DNA of 64,000 nt from Amphiscolops sp. MND2022. Its lineage: Eukaryota. Location of the stretch: positions 27,900,001 through 27,964,000 of the forward strand of contig OZ076409.1 in assembly GCA_964187785.1 (NCBI GenBank), read 5' to 3'. The notes below the pieces were generated by a model, which was not told the origin of the DNA, searched no databases, and worked only from the letters and a program-made list of their open reading frames with translations. Positions within the stretch are counted from its first letter, which is position 1. Every line of letters begins with the position of its first letter. A program made the position numbers and the translations under genes. Below are positions 38,933 to 51,081 of this stretch, in pieces.

Positions 38933-39655
38933 TCAGCAATCGGTGAAAAGATAAGAAATCTGAAAAAAGCGGGCCATTTTGGAAAAGCAGCTAACATTAA
39001 TGAAAACTGCTTCTTCAGCACAGCAGTGATAACTGTAAAATGATGTATAGGTTAAAACATTTTTCGACTCACGAAAGGTCAAAAAACAACCTTGACGAGG
39101 AAAACACTTAAACTCCATATGCCGAAAAGGGAGGAATTGGTATCACGTTATTTGAGAATAGCGACCGGTGCCGCCGACGAGATCTGGATCTCCAATTTCG
39201 ATTTATATGTGCATTAAGGCAACTACCTCTGCCCCGAGAAGTATTGGACCTACGCATTTTCGGAATCGCCGGTGGAAACTTCACCGGTTACTACAGATTC
39301 GAAACATTCGTATACGTACTGACTGACACACTGAACATGTTTCAAGAAAATTGGACTAGAGAATAAGCATCCAACGTAGCTAGATGACATCTTAGCGATA
39401 ACGGAAGGAACAGAAGAACACAATTGGGGTGAATTACCAGAAGTGCTCAAAAAAATTTTAAAAAGCAGATAACAAATCAAGTCACAACAAGATTGGTTTC
39501 AAGTTTTTAAAAAATAGAATGGGCGAAGGATTGTTAAAGCCAAAACGGTATTACACTGTTGAAAAACAAACTCGAACAATTCGAGCTTTGAAAAAACCAA
39601 AAAGTAGGGGAAAACCCATCTTAGGAGCGAAACAAGTTGTAGGATTCACTAAAAC
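38933..39655 (+). pseudogene. Inverted copy of the Gypsy RT remnant at ~17385-18100
   Basis: Reverse complement of the 17.4-18.1 kb region (shared antisense ORF MICYLLFKIFLSTSGNSPQLCSSVP). Confidence 0.8.
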
Positions 39656-40215
39656 AACGTTCGGTTTTTAACCAGTATCGGTGACATATTTTAGACATAC
39701 GTCCAATAAAGGAGTGGAATAAAAATAAGAAACAGAGATCATCTGGAAACCAGACTCTAGTGTATGGTGTTAATATTGTTGACTGACAGTAGCCATCGTC
39801 ATGTAAACAGGGGAGTGTACGGCCCTTATATATAAGGGTGTTATCCTTTTCATCATAGGTGGTGAGTTCTACTTCACGAACAATTAAGGACCAACTATCC
39901 TTCGCTATGATGTATTCATGTTTGCCTTTGCAGACATTCGTTGAACCATATTTCATGTTTAAAACGAGGTCAGAGATATGAACATAGGCAGAAGTACCAT
40001 AGTGGTAAATTTTGAGTCTGGTTATTTGGAAACGATGTTGATATCTTTCAAAGAGTTGTTATTTTCTAATGTCATCAAAAGAGGTGAAAGAGTTGTTATA
40101 TTTATAAAAGTTAAGTTGAGTATTATCAGTGCCATTAAGGTGACGGAGAGTAACATTACGATACACGTCCCGGTAAAATGGATTTCAGTCACGCAGCGTA
40201 ATCTGTGTAATCCCT
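39656..40215 (-). pseudogene. Env-like cysteine-rich glycoprotein remnant (possible class III fusogen)
   Basis: ORF 39621-39956 extends upstream in frame through two stops; N-glycosylation sequons NVT, NGT and NNS; pattern C-x-G...SW...LPC-x4-GYC...T-x-VW-x-P-x3-C. Confidence 0.55.
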
Positions 40216-40774
40216 AAAATGGTCATTCAGCTTAAGTTAGTCAAGACGGTCTATGCCTGAACGGTGTAGCTGTGTCAACGCGCGTAATGAAAAATAGTGC
40301 AAACTAGTCAAGGCACGTAATTAGTGAAAAGTGGAAGTTAGTCCAAAAATACACTTTTTCGTAATTCAGTCAAAACTCTGACTAACTTCCACTTATTGCA
40401 AGTATAGCGATCTGTTATTAGCAAAATGTGGAATGTGGTCAAAGTTTTGACTAACTTACACCATGTTTATATGCATTCAAAACTCAGTGTTCATTTTAAT
40501 TCCAATTCATACCACTACATCGTAAAACAGTCAACATAAACAATGATTCAATAAATAATTAGTTATCATTACTGAGGTCTATCGTGCATAGTACGTATAA
40601 ACTGCATTCAATGCAAGTTGGGCACGTGTAAACGTGTATTTCATCCACGCATTTACGTGCAAATAAAATACCCCGTAACTACTAATTAGTTCAATTATAA
40701 CAATTGATTGATCTGTCACCTGGTTTCTTGTTTTAGGAAAAAATAAATGCAAAGCAGCCCTTTTCAATAGTTGC

Positions 40775-41153
40775 TCAACTAATTTTAATTTTGGTCCCTG
40801 TCCTGAGCAAAGAACGGTCACCGGGATGATTGGTTAACGAATTGATCAACTTGTCACTCTGGTCTGGGTATTTTGAGCCAGGGAATTGATGAGGGTCATT
40901 TTTGATCCCTGTTGTGAGCAACATCAAGAAAAGGTGTAACAAATAGTCTATACGAAGTTGAAACTTCATCAAACCGAAAACAATAGTTTATGGAATACCA
41001 ATCATGAAAAATTGAACTAAAAACGAAGTTTGGACCATGTGCTTCATCCCCCCTCAGATAAATACTCTTTCTTATCCAACAACACCCCCATCTATTCAAT
41101 TCTCCCCAAACAAATGAGAGTAGGTCACTCTTCCAAGTGAGCATCATCAACAA
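40775..41153 (-). pseudogene. Decayed aromatic-rich ORF of unknown family
   Basis: Two overlapping frames (DLLSFVWGELNRWGCCWIRKSIYLRGDEAHGPNF...YCFRFDEVSTSYRLFVTPF; ...KYPDQSDKLINSLTNHPGDR) look like one frameshifted protein; no domain recognised. Confidence 0.35.
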
Positions 41154-43627
41154 TACAACCTAACAAACCTGAAAATTTATCAACTCGAAAACAAAAATGT
41201 TTTTTTATGGGATAAAAATTATTTCAATAATTATTCATGAAACAATGAATTGATTACAAAACCTTAGTGACAGTGAAAAATACGTAGGGACGTATAACCT
41301 GAAGGGGCGATTGACTTATTGAACTTGGTAATTTTGGTCCCTGTCGTGTGCACTTCCATTAGCACTGTCTATTTACTAGTACTACTAATAGTTGTACTAC
41401 TTATGTAATCAGATTGACTGTTTGATACTGTGTAGCGAATCAAGCAGTGTAGTTATGAGTCGGCCTGTGTAGTTTACCAGAACTACCCGTAATTACCAGA
41501 ACTATGTGTATTATGAGATGCACAGTGTAGTTAGTCAAATTGCGTAAAAACGATGTTTGGTGTAAACTAGTCAATTACTGCAATTTTTGATGGTGTAAAC
41601 CAGTGAATTTACGAAACTGTGTCAACTAGTGTAACGTCCTATCAATGAGCGTAATGTGTGACAAGTTTAAAACTTGCAAGAAATTATTCGCGCTCTGATT
41701 GGACAAAAATCGCACTAGCAGAATCCTGCTAGTTCGTTATCGGGATGTATTTCGTAATGAAGGTAAGGTAAGTTTAATGGTAACGTTGAGAAAATTCAGT
41801 GTCAATACCAGAGGTAGCAGTTCATCTAGGTGGAGAGAGTATATCAGAAGAAAAGGATTGTGCGTGGTGTCTTTCTAAATTAGAAGCAGTAATTGCAAGA
41901 GATAGAGATGGTGATTGAGCTGTTGTTAATGTTGATTCTGAGGGTTGAGCTTGGGATTGAGATCGTAAATTATATTGAGGTGGTTCTAAATATTGAAATT
42001 GATAAGAACGAAGATGGTATTTCTTCCGAGAGGGTTTGAAAAGAGAGACAGAAGAAGAAGTATCAGACGGAGGATCAAGCAAATTATCTAATGAAGAGGA
42101 ATGGGTAGAAGGAGGGAGGAGAGGATATAAGAGGGGGAAAGTACAAGAATCAATATCAGAAGAGCTGTTGGTTAAAGTGTCAAAAGGTTCTGGAATAGGA
42201 AGTTCAAAGGAACTAAGAGGGTAGGATGTATCAATTTGAGAGTGACGGCGAACAGTTTTACGGGCGTTAGGTATATTATAAGCTTGAATTCTTTGAAGAA
42301 CAGATGATCACTAGGGTCTAGAGTATGAGGGGTAGGACGAGTGAATGTAAAGTTATTATCTCTGAGAGAGGAAAGGTAAATGTATAGAGAAGTGGAGTTG
42401 TTTGACCTAAGGATATAAAAGGAGGTTGTGGAGAGTAAGAGTTACGGGGATTGGATCAAGAGGTGGTAGATTTAATATAAGTGAGGTGTTCGAAGATTGG
42501 GATTGAAAACTGGTTTGAGAAACTGGAGAATTGGTGTTAAGGAAAGTGTTATTAGAGGATTCAGGAGCAGCCGATAGAGAAGTAGAGGAGAAGGATCGGC
42601 AACCCAGGATGAGAGTTAAGAGATCTTAGATGAGAGTTTAGGTTAAAGATAGTTAGAGTTAGGGCAATATCAAAGAGATGTTGAAGTTAAATTAAGATGA
42701 GAGATTATTGTGGAGAGTAAAGATTGTATAGAATGAAAGGTTTGACTAAGTTAAAAGCAACTGAGTCTTATGGTACCAAAAGGTAGAAAAGTTGGTGAAG
42801 AAAGAACCAACAAAATGAAATAACTAAGTGGAAACGAAAATGACAAAAACCGAAATGGTATATTGCAATCAGGGGGAAACGTATTACGTGTTTGAGATTC
42901 ATGATAATTGGCGTGCGGCTGATTGCGACAAATTTAGGGTGTACTATTACGACGACGAGTTAATGAGGTACTATTACAACGAGGGGATTGAGGAAAAAAT
43001 GTATGAGATGAGTCAGCGACACGAGAAAAAATTTGAAGTGGAGTTGTGGGTTGAGATTGTGGGACTTCAGAAGAAGAAAAAAAGGTGGTACTGATAGGAC
43101 ATGGAGTCGGGGCTATTTAATACTTTTGGAGAGAGTTTGTATTCAGTAATGTGAGGAAAAATCTTTGGTTCTTCTTGGTAATAGGGTAAAATATGATTAC
43201 GGTGAGTATGATAAGTTTCACCGGATTGGAACAGAAGTTCATATGTAACGTCAGAGATGACGAAATATTTTTTATATGGATCAATTCGAAGGGGTTTAGG
43301 TTTAATAAAAAAGTGAACAGGTTCAAAATTCAGGTGTATAACAAAGGTATTAAGAGGAAGTTAGTTGTTTTTGGTGGTTGTTTCAAATGCAGACGCGGAA
43401 GAGGTTAATCTATGATGGAGGTATTTATGTACTGTTGAGTAATTTTCGAGCATTGCTGATTCAACAGCAAGGAGCCAAACAGAGATTGATTTTGAAATGA
43501 GTGAAAAGAAGAATGGGTTAGGATCAGTGGATTGATATTCTGAATGTGAGGGTAATGTGGAACAATATGAAGAATTGCATTTTTGTTGAGATTTTCTGGT
43601 AAGATTTAATTCTAATTTAATTTAAAT

Positions 43628-44096
43628 TTAATTGAAAGAGGTTTGCGAGGATGAGTGTGAAAAACATATTGATGAGAAGACAGTTTTATTTTTGAAATAG
43701 GAGTCATGTGCATATGCGTACATTTGAGTTTGAGTTGACCAACTATTAGTAGGGTCTTGTAAAAAATAAACGAAGTCGAGTTTCGAGATTGCGGTTATGA
43801 TTTTCAACGAGACCATCGGTCCATGGTGAATAGGGAGTACCTGGGGAGTGTTTAATATGAAAGAGTGAAATTTCGTGAGCCATATCTTGGTTAATATATT
43901 CAGTGCCACGATCAGTGACTAAGTATTGAGGAAGGCCCACTTTTGTAACCCAGTGGTAGAGAAGGGTATGAATCGCGTGTTTGGAATTAATATTTCGAGT
44001 GGGGTTTATGATAATGAAATGACTGAAAGCTTCAATACTTACAAAAATGTAAGAGTTACCGTTGGAAGTGGGAGAGATCGGACCTTTTGTATCCAT
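43628..44096 (-). pseudogene. Integrase core of element B
   Basis: MDTKGPISP...YIFVSIEAFSHF...LVTDRGTEY...PYSPWTDGLVENHNR (DDE-type layout). Confidence 0.9.
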
Positions 44097-44893
44097 TGAA
44101 ATACGATAATTAAACTGAGTAGCTTTTCCATAAAATGGTAGAGGAGGAGCAAGGTTATGTTTAGGAATGAAATGTTTATGATATTGACATTCAAAACAGT
44201 ATTGAATGAATATCGAGAAACAAAGTGGTTAATGAGTGATATACTAAAAGTGATTGAATGTTGTTTTTGAAGGTTTTTCACAACACTGTCTATGAGAGTT
44301 GGTTTTTGTGAAGGCTACGTGGAAGAGTTCAAAAGGCAAACAAATGCGGGTTTTGTTAATAATAGGTTGGGAGCGTGGAGAGTTCAATTCTTCAAAAGAA
44401 CGAGGATTATCAAGAAAATATTGAAAAGGATTTGAAGTAGGGTCAATGTATAAGTGAAAGAATTGTTTATATTAAGTGTGAAGAAAAGAATAGCATTTAA
44501 TGGAGGGGTTAAGAGTTTCTGCTTTGGTTTTATTTTTTATCCATTCGTAAACAATGGAAAGAACAGGATCTAACTTTTGTTGTTCTTTAATAACTTGTAA
44601 TGTGAGAGGTGTGTTAGGAGGCAAGAAAAAGTTTATAAATTCTTGAGCATGTTTAAATAATGAAGCATTCAAGTAAGATATAATATTATTTGCGGAGTTT
44701 GGTTTAATAGGGATCGGAATTATGGCTAAAGAGTGAGGTTTAGCAACAGATATATTGTATAGAAGTTCTTGTTGTAAATGAGGATCAAGAGGATTGGAAA
44801 CTGTTGGTTTGTTAAATTCGGAGGATTGCGATTTTGGTGTATTTGGGAAAAGATTGAAGATGGGATCATCATCACTATCAAGATCGGTTTCAT

Positions 44894-46250
44894 TTAGAAG
44901 AGGGTCATAGTCAGCAAGAATAGGATGAGAATCATTTTTTGATTCGGTAAGTTTTTTTGGTGTTGCACTAAATATTGAGTTTCAGTGAGAGTGTTGTTTG
45001 CAGTTAGTTGAGCAAATTCAAACTGTGGCGGCAGATTTATAAGTTGTAATTGACAAGAGGTGGAGTTAATAGAAGTACAATCACGACTGAGCATACCAGC
45101 GACAGCTAAGTTTCTACCAGCCGCATGTATAATACGGAGGTTAGAGATTTTTGTAAGGAGCATTTGAGCTTTATATTGTCGTGGAGTGGGTTATGGTCGG
45201 TGAAAAGAGTGATTGGAAACTTTCAGCCGATTATGATATATTCATAAACGGTGAGGGCAATAGTGACAGCGCAGAGTATTCTATCATAAGTGGACAGTTT
45301 TTGTTCTTGAGTGTTTAGGATACGCGAATTAAATGAAAAAACTTTTTTATTGTTTTATTATTTGAGTTTGGTTGAAATAAAACAGCACCTAGGCCAATAA
45401 GAGAAACATCAACAAATAAAAAGAATGGTTTTCAAGTATTAGGGATAGCTAATTCAGCAACCTATTGCAGTGAGAGTTTAATACATTCGAATAATTCGAT
45501 GAGATCAGGTGTCCAATTGAAAGAGACATCATCATGGAGAAGTGTGTAAAAAGGTTTGGGAGAGATGTTGAATTAACTTTGAATAGATATTCATTGAAAC
45601 AATGAAACGCATTATTTCAGGTTTGGAAGAGGGAGTTTTAAGTTTGTGTATATCATCTACTTTAGAGTTAATTGGTTTAATTGTTTGGTTGCCAGTTTTA
45701 TGTCCAAGAAAATTGACGGTGAGGAGTACGTAAAAAGATTTTGCAGGAGCAATTTTAAGATTGTTCTTTTGGCAAATCTAGTGGAGTTGTTCAATAAGTT
45801 CAATCATGTGAGCTTTTGTATGAGAGAGTAGCAATATATCATAAATATAGTCTAAGGCAAAACCTTGTGAATGAGTTTTTGAAAGAAGGTGTACATTTGT
45901 TTTGTGAAGAAATTGGGGAGACTTTTAGACCATAAAAACCTTCGATAAATGCGTAGAGTTTGTCACCAGAGGAAAAACTGGTTAAACGAATGGTTTCTTC
46001 ATCAAGAGGAGCTTGTGCGTAAGCGTACATTGGGTCAATTGCAGATTCATTTTTTTTAATTAGCGCGAGCTAATTTAGGAGCGAGTGGTTCAATAGTCCA
46101 ACATTCATTGGCTTGGTGAGTGTTTGAGTTTAAGTGGCGTGCGCCGAGGACGACTTTCATTGTATCTCCTTTGGGGATAATGATGAGTGGATTTAAAAAC
46201 GTGGTTCCATGATAAGGTGTCTCAAAAGGCCTATAGCCAATTTGTTGGAT
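44894..46250 (-). pseudogene. RT and RNase H of element B
   Basis: AYAQAPLDEETIRLTSF...GFYGLK; YxDD degenerate (YIYD); PFFLFVDVSLIGLGAVLFQ; IIHAAGRNLAVA. Confidence 0.85.
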
Positions 46251-46762
46251 TTTATTGTGTTTTTCTAATTCTTGTAGGAGAGTCTTAACTTTCTCGCGGT
46301 AATGTTTGGGAATTTAGCATACCTTAAGTATGAAGTTTTGCGTTTGGTATTAATCTGATATGAAAAGGGGTGGAGATTGGACCAACATCATTACGATGGG
46401 TGGCGTAGCAACTTTGGTATTTAACGAGAATTTGGCATATTTTGAGATATTCTCCATTAGTAATATCAGAGTATTGGAATTTAGGTTTGTACAAAACTGA
46501 GAGGGTTTGGTTTGAATATGCAGGTGTACGGAAAGAATGTTTAATTATTTGAGTTGGTTGTAAATTGGAGGTCAAATGATGATGAAGATAGGTTAGATTG
46601 TAAGGAGAAGGAACATAAAGGTGGCCTAGGTTCTACGAGAATTGGGTAATAAGAATTCAAAACAAAAAGACAGATGAGCTTGTTTCATGTACGTGGTAAA
46701 CAGAGGGCAGGTCAAGGGTAGCGGGAATTTCAATATAGCATTACTGCCAAAAGGAAGCGTGG

Positions 46763-49700
46763 CAGAGTGATTTGTGATGTTTTGAATTATTACTGAACAG
46801 TGTGAAGGTGGAAGGGTGGTTTTGGTTGGATCATGGAGTTGAAGTAAATTAAAAGTGCAGTTTAGGCGTTTATTAAAGATGTATGAGGAGGAGAGGGTAA
46901 TGTAGTTTCGTTTTCAATGGTTTTAAATGAGAGAGAATAGGAGAATTTAATAGGAAATTGAACACTTTCAGAAGAGTTTGATTGAAAGAATAACTTTTTA
47001 GAGACATTGATAGTGTAGATCTATGAAAAAAAGGGGAATCATTTTCTTTTTGAGCAGTAAAGGAAAGCTGTGAAATTGAGAGTTGGGAGTACCTTCAAAT
47101 AAAAGTTTCATATTTTCAATATCAAAAGATTTGAAATATTGTTCAACAAAATGGAGTGCCAAGGATATTGTAATTAATGTTTGCAACAGCGAATGGTTTT
47201 ATAAATGTCAGCGAGTCTTTGCTATTAGAAATGTGGCAAATGAGACTAGTGTTGAATAGAACAGGAACTTGGGTTTTATTAGCAGCAGTGATAGTTTTAG
47301 ATGGAGAATGTTGTATGTCGGAGGAGCAATATAAAAATCTTTCAGCCAAAGAGTGTAAGTGGGTAGATTAGGAACAGAAATGGAAGCACCACTGTCAAGG
47401 AGAAAGAGAATTTCTAATTTGGAGGGAGTAGAATGTCATTTTGGGATTTGGAAATATAAAGAATAAAAAACCAACTAGAGGTAGTGATAGCATTGGCAAT
47501 TGTGGGATAGTGCATATTTATTTAAAAGAAGTGTCATTCGAAAAAGTAGGTTCAATATGATTAACAGCGGGTTGAAATTGGGATTTCAGAGTTATAGTGA
47601 GAACGAGATCTAGTACATCGTGGTTGAGAAGAAAGGCGATATGGGGTTTTTTAGGATCTAAAACAGTCAGGGTTATTTCTCGAGCGGTTACTATGAGAAC
47701 GATGACGAGAGTGAGAATTATTTCTGAAAGAAGGCCGAGAAGAAGGGAGGATGATTTTTTATGAGAATGTGAGTTTTTGTAATGTTGGTCATACCAAGAG
47801 CGGTAATTAGAATCGTTTCTAGAAGAGTAGTGGTTGTGTTTGTGGGACTGGTAATCAATAATTTGAGAGTATTGGTTATTTATATGGTGAGAGTGTGAAC
47901 GAGAGCAAGAATAAGTAGGTTTAGAGTGGGAATAATTATGACGAGAGTTACTATAACTTCGACTATGATTTCTTTAAAAGTTTTGGTTAAATGAATTTGG
48001 ACGGGAATTTTTAGAATGTTGATAAAATGATGGAGTTGGAGATTTAGATTGTGATGACCGGTCTTTTAATAGATTCAGACGGCGAAAACATGTAGACACG
48101 GAGTGATTTGTGATGTTTTGAATTACTACTGAACAGTGTGAAGGTGGAAGGGTGGTTTGGGTTGGATCACGGAGTTGAAAGAAATTAAAAGTGGAGTTTA
48201 GGCGTTTATTAGAAGATGTATGAGGAGGAGGAGAGGGTAACCTAGTTTCGTTTTCAATGGTTTTAAATGAGAGAAAAGAAGCGGAGTTAATAGGAAAATG
48301 AACAGTTGTAGAAGAGTTTGATTGAAAGAATCACATTTTAGAGACATTGATAGTGTAGATATATTAAAAGAAGGTGTAATCGTTTTCTTTGTGAGCAGCA
48401 AAGGAATGCTGTGAATATGAGAGTTGGGAGTCTCTTTAGATAGAAGTGTCATATTTTCAATATCAAGAGATTTGAAATATTGTTCAAAAAAATGGAGTGC
48501 CAAGGATATTGTATTTAATGTTTGCAACAGCAAATGGTATAATCAAAGTCCGAGAGTCATTGCTATTAGAAGTGTGGCAAGTGAGATTAATGTTGAATAG
48601 AATAGGAACTTGAACTTTTTTAGCAACAGTGATATGTTTAGATGGAGAATGTTGTATGTCGGAGGAGCAATTTGAAAATCTTTCAGCCAAAAGAGTGCAT
48701 GTTGGTAGATTAGGAACAAAAATGGAAGCACCACTGTAAAGGAGAAAAAAAATTTCTAATTTGGATGGAGTAGAAATGTCATTTGGAGATTTGGGAAAAA
48801 AAGAATAAAAAACCAACTAGAGGTAGTGATAGCATTAGCAAATGTGGGATAGTTCATATTTATTTCAAAAAGACAAAAGGAGTGTCTTTTGAAAGGGTAC
48901 GTTCAATATGATTAACAGCGGGTTGAAATTGAGATTTGGAGTTATAGTGAGAACGAGGTCTAGTACATCGTGGTTGAGAAGAAGGGCGATTTGGGGTTTT
49001 TTAGGATCTAAAAGAGTCAGAATTATTTCTCGAGCGATTACTATGAGAACGATGACGAGAGTGAGAATTATTTCTGAAAGAAGGCCGAGAAGAAGGGAGG
49101 ATGATTTTTTATGAGAATGTGAGTTTTTGTAATGTTGGTCATACCGAGAGCGGTAATTATAATCGTTTCTAGAAGAGTAGTGGTTGTGTTTGTGGGACTG
49201 GTAATCAATAATTTGAGAGTATCGGTTATTTATATGGTGAGAGTGTAAACGAGAGCGAGAAAAAGTAGGTTTAGAGTGAGAGTAATTATGACAAGAGTTA
49301 CTATAACTTCGACTACGATTTCTAAAAGGATTTTGGTTAAATGAACTTGGACGGGAATTTTTAGAATGTTGATAAAATGATGGAGTTGGAGATTTAGATT
49401 GTGATGGCCGGTCTTTCAATAGATTCAGACGGCGAAAACATGTAGACACGGAGTGATTTGTGATATTTTGAATTACTACTGAACAGTGTGAAGGTGGAAG
49501 GGTGGTTTTGGTTGAATCATGCAGTTGAAAGAAATTAAAAGTGGAGTTTAGGCGTTTATTGAAAGATATACGAGGAAGCGAAGAGAGGGTAATCTAGTTT
49601 TGTTTTCAATGGTTTTAAATGAGAGAGAAGAAGAGGAGTTAAAAGGAAAATGAACAGTTTTAGAAGAGATTGTTTGAAAGAATCATTTTTAGAGACATAG

Positions 49701-50791
49701 ATATTGAAAGAAGGGGTAATCGTTTTCTTTGTGAGCAGCAAAGGAATGCTGTGAATATGAGAGTTGGGAGTCTCTTTAGATAGAAGTGTCGTATTTTCAA
49801 TATCAAGAGATTCGAAATATTATTCAAAAAATGGAGTGCCAAGGACATTGTATTTAATGTTTGCAACAGCAAATGGTATAAAAAATGTCCGAGAGTCATT
49901 GCTATTAGAAGTGGGGCAAGTGGGATTAATGTTGAAGGGAATAGGAACTTGGGCTTTTATAGCAACAGTGATAGTTTTAGATGGAGAATGTTGTATGTCG
50001 GAGGGGCAATATAAAAATCTTTCAGCCAAAGAGTGTAAGTGGGTAGATTAAGAAGAGAAATGGAAGCACCACTGTCAAGGAGAAAGAGAATTTCTAATTT
50101 GGATGGAGTAGAAATGTCATTTTGAGATTTGGAAAAATGAAGAATAAAAAACCAACTAGAGGTAGTGATAGCATTGGCAATTGTGGGATAGTGCATATTT
50201 ATTTAAAAGAAGTGTCATTCGAAAAAGTAGGTTCAATATGATTAACAGCGGGTTGAAATTGGGATTTAGAGTTATAGTGAGAACGAGATCTAGTACGTCG
50301 TGGTTGAGAAGAAAGGCGATATGGGGTTTTTTAGGATCTAAAACAGTTACAGTTAATTCTCGAGCGATTACTATGAGAACGATGACGAGAGTGAGATATA
50401 TGTCTGGAAGACGGCCGTGAAGAAGGGTGGAGTATTAATTATAAGAACGTGAGGAGTTTTTGTAATGTTGGCCATACCGCGAGCGGCGATTACAATCGTT
50501 TCTATAAGAGTAGTGGTTATGTTTGTGGGAATGGTAATCATTATTATGAGAGTATTGGTTGTTTATATAGCGAGAGTGTGAACGAGAGCGAGAATAAGTA
50601 GGTTTAGAGTGAGAATAATTATGACGAGAGTTACTCAAACTCCAACTACGATTTCTATAACAATTTCGGTTTAATGAATTCGGACGACAATTTTTACAAT
50701 GTTGATAAAGTGATGGAGTTGCAGATCTGGATTGTGATGGGCGGTCTTTTAATAGATTCAGACAGCGAAAACAGGTAGACACAGAGTGATT
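46763..50791 (-). repeat. Diverged tandem triplication (~1.34 kb x 3) of gag C-terminus + RS-rich linker + protease
   Basis: Marker C(A/G)GAGTGATT at 46763, 48099, 49449 and 50782 (periods 1336, 1350, 1333); each unit has STCFRxLNLLK, an R/S/Y/N/H-rich tract and an L(D/Y)SGAS motif. Confidence 0.92.
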
Positions 50792-51081
50792 ACGTTTATG
50801 ACAGGTTGTGCAATATTTTTTGAAATGGGGTTTTGTTTATTTGTTTGGATCGTTTTGGCCTAATTGATTGACTAGAAGGAAGGTTGTATCATTAAGAGTG
50901 ACAGTGCCGTGTCTTTAAGGTTATCAGAGAATGAGTTAACTTCGGGAGAAACTTCTTGAGTTTTGAGGGGTATGAAATGGTATTGACGGTTCAAGAGAGC
51001 TAGAGATGTGTTCAACTTGACATTGTTGGCAAAGACTTTCAACTTTTTAGGAAGACCACCATTCACTATACCATCCTTGTT

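Larger units (their letters stand above)
17385..39655. repeat. Large inverted segmental duplication (left arm ~17385-30770, right arm 30788-~39655)
   Basis: ORFs are mirrored across the centre (29002/32287, 28498/32614, 21214/37488, 17544/39250, 17908/38933); about 93% identity in a 370-bp sample; the flanking non-BEL DNA is also mirrored; outer limits approximate. Confidence 0.95.

Noticed and set aside
17385-39655. Inverted duplication as a simple fold-back read or assembly artefact
   Set aside because: About 7% substitutions and reciprocal arm-specific indels are not expected from a single chimeric read; spanning reads are still needed for proof.
40329-40394. 15-bp inverted repeat AAGTGGAAGTTAGTC / GACTAACTTCCACTT
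   Set aside because: No terminator, TSD or RNA-gene context; probably part of an unclassified repeat.
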